Made by a program: the position numbers and the translations under genes
Source: Mycobacteriales bacterium
GTDB taxonomy: Bacteria; Actinomycetota; Actinomycetes; BP-191
Assembly (NCBI GenBank): GCA_035645255.1
Contig: DASQMY010000428.1
Location: 1 to 44,180 of the forward strand
DNA length: 44,180 nt
Reading direction: 5' to 3'
In this document: one piece after another, positions 24,109 through 31,642 of the stretch
How the letters are laid out: the number at the start of each line of letters is the position of its first letter
Position numbering within the stretch: the first letter of the stretch is position 1
The notes under the pieces: generated by a model
Told to the model about the DNA's origin: nothing
The model's database searches: none
What the model saw: the letters and a program-made list of their open reading frames with translations, nothing else

Positions 24109-24891
24109 CTAGCGACGAGTCACGCCGGACTCGTCGTCCACCTCTACCCGCTCCTTGCGGAGGTCGGCAGAGATCTGCTCCTCCTCGGTGACGCGCTCCT
24201 TGTCGAGCCGGATCCGCTCCTTGGGAACGACCTCGGTCTCGGCCACCGCGCGCTCCTCGTGCACGGTCACCTCGAACTCGTTCTCGGTGATCTCCGGGCC
24301 GTCCATCGCGTCGCCGATGTTGCCCGAGTCGACTGCCTCGCGCTGGACCGTGACCCGCTCCTTGGTCACCGGGACGGTCTGCGTGACGCGCTCGTTCTCG
24401 ACCCACTTGCGCAGCCGCACGCGGCCGGCCTCGTGCTGGGTCTTGCCGACGCGCAGCTCCTCCTCGGAGCGGGTCATCGCGTTGTCGTGACCGCTGGTGG
24501 TGCGGCTCTTCTGCTGCGTGTCGCCGGTGTAGGCGGTGCCGCCCTCCGGCAGGCCCGAGTCGGAGCGCGACTCGGAGTAGTTCATGCCGTAGTGACGGTA
24601 GAGGTCCGCCTCCTCCTGCTGCGACAGCGCGCCGTCCGGCTCAGCGGTCGGTGCACCCTTCACCTGCTCCTTGGAGAACTGCAGGCGGACGTCGTCGCCC
24701 TGGCTGGAGGCGCCGGTGATCGGGACGAAGCTGACCTTGGAGCCGAACATGCCGGTCGAGACCGCCAGCCACTCCGGCTTGCCGGTCTCCTCGTCGAGGT
24801 AGATGTCGTCGATCTTGCCGATCTTGTCGCCGTCGGCGTCGTACGCCGTCTGACCGATCCAGTTGCGCATCTGCTGTGTGTCGACAGTCAT
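24109..24891 (-). CDS. PRC-barrel + DUF2382 (YsnF-like) stress protein
   Basis: The C-terminal 260 codons of ORF 24109..26214, with ATG 24891 and SD GGAAGGAG 5 nt upstream. It has an N-terminal PRC barrel (..DADGDKIGKIDDIYLDEETGKPEWLAV..) and a DUF2382 repeat (RSEEELRVGKTQHEAGRVRLRKWV..). Confidence 0.85.
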   Translation of the reverse strand: MTVDTQQMRNWIGQTAYDADGDKIGKIDDIYLDEETGKPEWLAVSTGMFGSKVSFVPITGASSQGDDVRLQFSKEQVKGAPTAEPDGALSQQEEADLYRHYGMNYSESRSDSGLPEGGTAYTGDTQQKSRTTSGHDNAMTRSEEELRVGKTQHEAGRVRLRKWVENERVTQTVPVTKERVTVQREAVDSGNIGDAMDGPEITENEFEVTVHEERAVAETEVVPKERIRLDKERVTEEEQISADLRKERVEVDDESGVTRR

Positions 24892-24946
24892 GCCGACTCC
24901 TTCCGGGGGTCTGTGTACGACTCGCGTCCTGTCCGTCCACGCCGTC

Positions 24947-24974
24947 CCGGTCTGCGGTTGCAGACCCGGTTTTT
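24947..24974 (+). terminator. intrinsic-terminator-like hairpin + T5 on the + strand
   Basis: CCGGTCTGC-GGTT-GCAGACC(C)GG followed by TTTTT. A T5 run is rare in this sequence. No + strand gene lies upstream of it. Confidence 0.4.
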
Positions 24975-25030
24975 CCGTGGGTGGCGACCGCGGAGACGAG
25001 TCCTGGGTCAGGAAGACTCGCAACAGCCAC

Positions 25031-25057
25031 ATACCAGGCCGGGGCGTGGTGAAAACC
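25031..25057 (-). promoter_or_regulatory. SigF/SigB-type promoter candidate GGTTT-N16/17-(T)GGTAT for the stress operon
   Basis: The minus strand reads GGGTTTTCACCACGCCCCGGCCTGGTATG, about 140 nt upstream of ATG 24891. It has one mismatch to the GGGTAT -10. Confidence 0.25.
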
Positions 25058-25146
25058 CGCTCTTCCGCTGAAGGAAGTGACCTCTCACCTCGCGGCGTTA
25101 CCTCGCCGAGACCGGTTTGGTTTCGCGGCCGGTGAGCGGCGTGCGC

Positions 25147-25152
25147 TACCCT
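25147..25152 (+). promoter_or_regulatory. -10 hexamer TACCCT, 6 nt upstream of the leader-peptide ATG
   Basis: The sequence reads TACCCT-gcgcgc-ATG(25159). This is TANNNT with canonical leaderless spacing, and no SD precedes the ATG. Confidence 0.4.
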
Positions 25153-25158
25153 GCGCGC

Positions 25159-25236
25159 ATGACTTCGCACGCGGCGACCTTTTGGTATGCGTACCGCCCG
25201 GGATCTCCCGGTGCGGGTGCGCACGCTGCCGCGTAG
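25159..25236 (+). CDS. 25-codon leader peptide MTSHAATFWYAYRPGSPGAGAHAAA (aromatic-codon run)
   Basis: Read by hand, since it is below the ORF-track cutoff. Codons 8-12 are TTT TGG TAT GCG TAC. It lies 73 nt upstream of the DAHP synthase and stops at TAG 25234-25236. Confidence 0.55.
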   Translation: MTSHAATFWYAYRPGSPGAGAHAAA

Positions 25237-25301
25237 CGAGACCCCACCGACACTCAGCCCCGGGCCAACTGCCCGGGGCTGCTTGGTCTGCCCCGGAAGG
25301 A
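25196..25301 (+). promoter_or_regulatory. candidate attenuator RNA with four segments and mutually exclusive pairings
   Basis: A is GCCCGGG (25196-25202). B is CAGCCCCGGG (25255-25264). C is CCCGGGGCTG (25272-25281). D is GCCCCGG (25290-25296), overlapping SD GGAAGGA (25295-25301). A:B is 7 bp, B:C is 10 bp and C:D is 7 bp. Confidence 0.4.
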
Positions 25302-25308
25302 ACTGAAG

Positions 25309-26340
25309 ATGGTCGTCGTCATGCGTCCCGACGCACCCGCTGACGAGGTGGCCGGCGTGGTCTCGCTGGTCGAGACCGCCGGCGGCTCGGCGTTCGTGAG
25401 CCGTGGCGTGTCCCGGACCATCATCGGTCTGGTCGGGGACGTCGCGCAGTTCCAGTCGCTCAACCTGGCCAGCCTGCCCGGCGTCACCGAGGTCATCCGG
25501 ATCTCCAAGCCGTACAAGCTCGTCTCCCGTGAGCACCACCCGGAGACGTCGACGATCGTGGTCGGCGGCGTGCCGATCGGGCCGTCGACGTTCACGCTGA
25601 TCGCCGGCCCGTGCGCGGTCGAGACCGCCGACCAGACGCTGGCCGCCGCCCAGATGGCCAAGCGTGCCGGCGCGACCCTGCTCCGCGGCGGCGCGTTCAA
25701 GCCGCGGACGTCGCCGTACGCCTTCCAGGGGCTGGGCGAGGCCGGGCTGAAGATCCTCGCCGACGTGCGGTCCGAGACCGGGCTTCCGGTCGTCACCGAG
25801 GTGGTCGAGGCGCGCGACGTCGAGCTCGTCGCGTCGTACGCCGACATGCTGCAGGTCGGCACGCGCAACATGCAGAACTTCTCGCTGCTGCAGGCGGTCG
25901 GCTCCACCGACAAGCCGGTGATGCTCAAGCGCGGTCTGTCCGCGACGCTCGAGGAGTGGCTGATGGCCGCCGAGTACATAGCGCAGCGCGGCAACCTGCA
26001 GGTCGTGCTGTGCGAGCGAGGTATCCGGTCGTTCGACCCGTCGACCCGCAACACCCTCGACATCTCGGCGGTGCCGATGGTGCGGTCGATGAGCCATCTG
26101 CCGATCGTCGTCGACCCGTCGCACTCCGCGGGGCGCAAGGACCTCGTCGTGCCACTCGCCCGCGCCGCGATGGCCGTCGGCGCGGACGCGGTGATGGTGG
26201 ACGTGCACCCGCACCCGGAGACCGCCCTGTGCGACGGTCCGCAGGCGCTGACCGAGGTCGACCTCGTCGAGCTGAGCGAGGCGGTGCGGACGATACCGGT
26301 GATTTTGGGCCGTACGTCCCCGGAGATCTCGGTGCGCTGA
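25309..26340 (+). CDS. 3-deoxy-7-phosphoheptulonate (DAHP) synthase, type I-beta with N-terminal ferredoxin-like regulatory domain
   Basis: ORF 25309..26340. The N-terminus MVVVMRPDA..TIIGLVGD..KPYKLVSRE resembles the Thermotoga-type FL domain. The catalytic core shows IAGPCAVE, LRGGAFKPRTSPY.FQG, KRG and ERG. Confidence 0.9.
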   Translation: MVVVMRPDAPADEVAGVVSLVETAGGSAFVSRGVSRTIIGLVGDVAQFQSLNLASLPGVTEVIRISKPYKLVSREHHPETSTIVVGGVPIGPSTFTLIAGPCAVETADQTLAAAQMAKRAGATLLRGGAFKPRTSPYAFQGLGEAGLKILADVRSETGLPVVTEVVEARDVELVASYADMLQVGTRNMQNFSLLQAVGSTDKPVMLKRGLSATLEEWLMAAEYIAQRGNLQVVLCERGIRSFDPSTRNTLDISAVPMVRSMSHLPIVVDPSHSAGRKDLVVPLARAAMAVGADAVMVDVHPHPETALCDGPQALTEVDLVELSEAVRTIPVILGRTSPEISVR

Positions 26341-26443
26341 GAAAATTCAGTCCGTTTCGGCAACGCACCGCCCCGCGCCGGCGTCTCATGCAGCAGTTGG
26401 CGGCGCACGGATGTGCCGCCCGGGGCGGGCGGGGGAACACGTC

Positions 26444-27847
26444 ATGTCAGTGTCTGACGCATGCGCGCAAACAGGTTCGGACGGCATCGGGCTGAGCCGC
26501 CGGGCGTTCATCGGCGGAGTCGGCGGCGCCGCAGCGCTCGCGGCCGTCACGACCGCCTGGCCGGCTGCTGCGGCGACGAGCAGCGGCGGTTGGGGTGGCG
26601 GCAGTCCGGCCACCGCGAGCTACGACGTCACCGTAGCGACCGGCTGGCTGCGCGCGCTGTACGAGGTCGTGCGCACCGAAGGGCTGACCCCGCCGGCAGC
26701 CGCCCGCGCGTACGCCTACTGCTCGGTCGCGATGTACGAGTCGGTGGTCGACGGCATGCCGGCGCACCGATCGCTCGCCGGCCAGCTCACCGGCATGCCG
26801 GACATGCCGCGGCCGGTCAAGAACGCCAAGTACGACTGGCCGACCGCCCTGTCGACCGCCGTTGCCACCGTGGCCGGCGCGGTCTTCGCAGCCGCGACTG
26901 CGCCGTCGCGCGACGCGATCGCCGCGCACCATGCGCAGACGCTGGCCGCGCGCCGCTCGGTGCGGGTGCCGGCGGCCGTGCTCGACGCCTCGCAGGCGCA
27001 TGGCCGGCGGGTCGGCGCGGCGATAGCCGAGTGGGCGGCCCTGGACGGCTACGCCGGCATCCGCGGCCGCGCCTACGCGCCGCCGGTCGGCCCCGACAAG
27101 TGGGTGCCGACCCATCCGAACTTCGGTATGGCGATCGAGCCGTACTGGGCGGAGGTGCGGCCGTTCGTCCTCGCCACGTGCGACGAGTGCCCGCCGGACC
27201 CCCAGCCCGCGCCGTACTCCGAGGACCCGGCGTCGGCGTTCTTCGCGCAGGCGAAGACGGTCTACGACCAGGTCGTGCTGCACAACACCGACGAGACCCG
27301 CGGAATCGCCCGGTTCTGGACGGACAACCCGCTGCTGTCGGGCCTGCCGGCCGGCCACTGGCTGCTGATCGTGACCCAGTTCGCCGAGCAGCATGCACTC
27401 AACCTGGCGGAGCTGGTCGAGGCGTACGCACGCGCCGGCGTCACGCTCGCCGACGCGTTCCTTTCCTGCTGGACGGAGAAGTACCGCACCAACCTGCTGC
27501 GCCCGTCGACCTACGTCCGCCGGCACATCGACGCCGCCTGGGTGACCTGGGTCAACACGCCGCAGTTCCCGGAGTACACCTCCGGCCACTCGGTCGCCTC
27601 GAACGCGGTCGCGACCGTGCTGACCGATCTGCTCGGTGAGCGGCCGTTCGTCGACAAGCACGTGGCGTCCGGTCTGACGACCGTCACGCAGCGGTCGTTC
27701 ACGTCGTTCCGCGAGGCCGCGGCGGAGGCCGCGAAGTCGCGGCTCTACGGCGGAATCCACTACCCCATGGGCATCGCGATGGGGCTCACCCAGGGCGACC
27801 GCGTCGGCGCGGTCGTCGTCGCTCGGCTGCACACCCGCAAGGACTGA
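26444..27847 (+). CDS. Tat-secreted PAP2-superfamily / vanadium-haloperoxidase-like protein
   Basis: ORF 26411..27847 trimmed to ATG 26444. It has a twin-arginine signal (SRRAFIGG) and PAP2 motifs KYRTNLLRP, SGHS and SRLYGGIH. Confidence 0.8.
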   Translation: MSVSDACAQTGSDGIGLSRRAFIGGVGGAAALAAVTTAWPAAAATSSGGWGGGSPATASYDVTVATGWLRALYEVVRTEGLTPPAAARAYAYCSVAMYESVVDGMPAHRSLAGQLTGMPDMPRPVKNAKYDWPTALSTAVATVAGAVFAAATAPSRDAIAAHHAQTLAARRSVRVPAAVLDASQAHGRRVGAAIAEWAALDGYAGIRGRAYAPPVGPDKWVPTHPNFGMAIEPYWAEVRPFVLATCDECPPDPQPAPYSEDPASAFFAQAKTVYDQVVLHNTDETRGIARFWTDNPLLSGLPAGHWLLIVTQFAEQHALNLAELVEAYARAGVTLADAFLSCWTEKYRTNLLRPSTYVRRHIDAAWVTWVNTPQFPEYTSGHSVASNAVATVLTDLLGERPFVDKHVASGLTTVTQRSFTSFREAAAEAAKSRLYGGIHYPMGIAMGLTQGDRVGAVVVARLHTRKD

Positions 27848-27914
27848 CACCTGCAGTACCGGCTGCGCGGCGACCGCCGCGGGCTCGATGCACCACGCCC
27901 TGGAGGGGGACTTC

Positions 27915-28661
27915 ATGTTCAACAGCACCATGAGCCGCCGGCTCGCCACCGCTGCGATCGCCGCGCCGGTAACCGTCGCGCTGCTCGCCGCACCGGCCAG
28001 CGCCGGCTCGTCGTTCTACTCGCGCACGACGGGCAAGACCGCCAGTGCCAACTGGATCCAGGTGGACCACGACGCCGCCGGCAACCCGATCCCGCGCGGC
28101 ACCGTCCCCGTGACCGGCAACGTGCACGTCGGCAGCCTGTCCGTGTACGAGATCTCCAGGGGCAACCCCGAGGTGTACGGCGAGATCGTCGACTTCGACT
28201 GCGAGCCGGGCTTCCTCCCGCAGGGCGGCGGTGGGCACGGGTTCGCCAAGCCCGAGCCGGAGCCCGACCCCAACTGCACCGCTCTGGGCGTCCGGTTCAT
28301 CCAGCGGCTGATCCTCGAGAAGCCCGGCGACGGCGTCGTCATCGACCGCAAGCTCGGCTTCGCCTCGGTGAACGGACAGCTCGAGCTCGGCGGGCACGCC
28401 GGCGTCGTCGGGCGGCCGCGGATCGACACGACGTGGACCGGAATCGGTGACGTGCGCCGGGAGAGCTACGAGTACAGCTACTCCGAGGGCGGCACGACCA
28501 GCACGTTCTCGTCGACGTCGAGCGTCCGCAGCGCGACGATGGGCGGCGTGATGGGCCCGATGGCGTGGATCCAGGCGTCCTGCGAATCGCCGAGCCCACT
28601 CGGCTGCTCGGGCGGCACCATCAGCAACTTCAAGGACGTCGAGCGGTCGCGCACCAAGTAG
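27915..28661 (+). CDS. secreted hypothetical protein
   Basis: ORF 27888..28661 trimmed to ATG 27915, with SD GGAGGGGG upstream. It has a signal peptide (..AAPVTVALLAAPASA) and four Cys. I recognise no family. Confidence 0.6.
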   Translation: MFNSTMSRRLATAAIAAPVTVALLAAPASAGSSFYSRTTGKTASANWIQVDHDAAGNPIPRGTVPVTGNVHVGSLSVYEISRGNPEVYGEIVDFDCEPGFLPQGGGGHGFAKPEPEPDPNCTALGVRFIQRLILEKPGDGVVIDRKLGFASVNGQLELGGHAGVVGRPRIDTTWTGIGDVRRESYEYSYSEGGTTSTFSSTSSVRSATMGGVMGPMAWIQASCESPSPLGCSGGTISNFKDVERSRTK

Positions 28662-28700
28662 AGCGCGGCGGGCGGGACCCCTCCGGGCGTCCGCCGACCT

Positions 28701-28731
28701 GCGGGTGCCGGCTCATCGAGCCGGCACCCGC
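28701..28731. terminator. perfect 14-bp hairpin GCGGGTGCCGGCTC-ATC-GAGCCGGCACCCGC between convergent genes
   Basis: Read directly. It lies 40 nt after the secreted-protein stop and 125 nt after the ltaE stop. Confidence 0.5.
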
Positions 28732-28855
28732 TGCCGTTCCGACGTGCGGACGCATCAGCACTGTCGGCCAGGCAGAACCCTTGCGCCGCAGGGCATTCCG
28801 GCGGCCTGATCGACGACGCCGCGGCGGCAGGGTGACCATGCCGTCGCTCCGCAAG

Positions 28856-29905
<1,050 letters not shown>

Positions 29906-29943
29906 TCAGGGGACGCCCACCGTAACGCCCGCCGTTCGCCCGG

Positions 29944-30678
29944 TCAGCCGCTGTCCGCGACGACCTGCCCGTCGGCCAGCTCGATGACCCGGTCGGCGAG
30001 CTCGATCAGCTGCGGGTCGTGGGTGGAGACGACCACCGTCACCCCCTGCGCCACGAGCAGCTCGCGCAGCAGCGTCATGATGTGCAGCCCGGTCGCCGAG
30101 TCGAGCTGCCCGGTCGGCTCGTCGGCCAGCAGCAGCCGCGGCCGGCCGGCCAGCGCGCGGGCGATCGCGACGCGCTGTTGCTCGCCGCCGGACAGCTCGT
30201 TCGGCCGCAGGTCGGCGCGGTCCTCCAGCCCGACCATCGCGAGCAGCGCCCGGACCCGTTCGGCCCGCTCGCCCGGCTCCGTCCGGGTCAGCCGGAGCGG
30301 CACCCCGACGTTCTCCGCGGCCGTCAGGATCGGGATGAGCCCGAACGACTGGAAGACGAAGCCGACCGACCCGCGCCGCATCGCGAGCAGCTCGTCGCGG
30401 CCCATCGCGGTCACCTCGCTGCCGCCGACCCACACCCGGCCGGACGTCACCTCGTCCAGCCCGCCGACGAGGTTGAGCAGCGTGGTCTTCCCGGAGCCGG
30501 ACCGGCCGTGCAGCGCGACGAGCCGCTGCTGGTCGACCGAGAGGGTGACGTCCCTGACGGCATGCACTGTCGAGTCGCCGAGCTGGTAGTCCTTGCACAG
30601 CGCCTCGGTCCGCAGCGCCTCGCCGGCCAGTGGATCGTCGTACAGCCGTGCTGCCGGCACTGCTGCGAAGTCACGCAC
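29944..30678 (-). CDS. ABC transporter ATP-binding protein (MacB/LolD-like), second ATPase
   Basis: ORF 29944..30867 trimmed to GTG 30678, overlapping the upstream stop by 8 nt. Walker A is GRSGSGKTT, the signature is LSGGEQQRVAIARAL and Walker B is LLLADEPTG. Confidence 0.85.
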   Translation of the reverse strand: MRDFAAVPAARLYDDPLAGEALRTEALCKDYQLGDSTVHAVRDVTLSVDQQRLVALHGRSGSGKTTLLNLVGGLDEVTSGRVWVGGSEVTAMGRDELLAMRRGSVGFVFQSFGLIPILTAAENVGVPLRLTRTEPGERAERVRALLAMVGLEDRADLRPNELSGGEQQRVAIARALAGRPRLLLADEPTGQLDSATGLHIMTLLRELLVAQGVTVVVSTHDPQLIELADRVIELADGQVVADSG

Positions 30679-31642
30679 GCCGGCCGCCGTCCGGCCGGCC
30701 GCTCCGGTCGTCGGACCAGATCCCGATGTGGTCCGGCTCGAGCGCGAGCCGGACGCGGCGCTCGAGCTCGAGCGCGTCGAGATACTCGCGCGGCAGCTGC
30801 ACCCGACCGGCCCGGTCGAGCACGGCGAACTCCTCGGCCACGAACCGCACCTCGCCCTCGTGGTCATGGGCGCGCCGGAAGGTCTCCGTGCTCGTCCGGC
30901 CGTCGCGCATCGCCACCGTCCGGTCCACCTGGGTCGCCACCAGAGGATCGTGGGTGACCACGACGATCGTCACGCCGAGGTCGGCGCTGACGGTGCGCAT
31001 GGCCGTGAAGACCTCCTGCGAGGTACGGGTGTCCAGCTCCCCGGTCGGCTCGTCGGCGAAGACACAGGCCGGCTCCCCGGCCAGCGCGATCGCGATCGCC
31101 ACCCGTTGCTGCTCCCCGCCGGACATCCGGTCCGGTCGGTGGTCCGCGCGGTGGCCGACGCCGAGCAGGTCGAGCAGCTCGCGAGCGCGCGGCCGGCGCT
31201 TGCGGCGCGGCACACCGGCGAGCGACATCGGCAGCTCGACGTTCTCCGCGGCGGTCAGGTAGGGCAGGTGGTTGCGTGCGGTCTGCTGCCAGACGAAGCC
31301 GACCTGCGAGCGCCGGTAGCGGGTCCGCTCGCCGCCGCTCATGCCGACCAGGTCGTAGGAGCCGACCCGCGCCGCTCCGGCGGTCGGCTCGTCGAGCCCG
31401 GACAGGATGTTCAGCAGCGTCGACTTGCCGCTCCCGGACGCACCGACGATCGCCATCAGCTCGCCCGGCTCGACGAGCAGGTCGAGCCCCTGCAGCGCGA
31501 CGACCTCGACCCCGCCGGTCTTGTAGATCTTGACCAGGTTGTCGCACACGATGTCCGCACCCGCGCCGTACGCCGACTGCGCCGGCTGCTCGGGCTGCTC
31601 GGGCTCCGGCTGCGATCCGAGGACGTCGAAGTCGAGGGTCAT
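30671..31642 (-). CDS. ABC transporter ATP-binding protein (MacB/LolD-like) with about 70-aa C-terminal extension, first ATPase
   Basis: ORF 30671..31642, with an ATGA overlap with the permease stop. Walker A is GASGSGKST, the signature is MSGGEQQRVAIAIAL and Walker B is VFADEPTG. Confidence 0.85.
   Translation of the reverse strand: MTLDFDVLGSQPEPEQPEQPAQSAYGAGADIVCDNLVKIYKTGGVEVVALQGLDLLVEPGELMAIVGASGSGKSTLLNILSGLDEPTAGAARVGSYDLVGMSGGERTRYRRSQVGFVWQQTARNHLPYLTAAENVELPMSLAGVPRRKRRPRARELLDLLGVGHRADHRPDRMSGGEQQRVAIAIALAGEPACVFADEPTGELDTRTSQEVFTAMRTVSADLGVTIVVVTHDPLVATQVDRTVAMRDGRTSTETFRRAHDHEGEVRFVAEEFAVLDRAGRVQLPREYLDALELERRVRLALEPDHIGIWSDDRSGRPDGGRRA

Noticed and set aside
24892-26214. N-terminal 441 codons of the 701-aa ORF 24109..26214
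   Set aside because: Only the last 260 codons, from ATG 24891 with a strong GGAAGGAG SD, encode the PRC/DUF2382 protein. The upstream part is antisense to the DAHP synthase and crosses the intergenic region.
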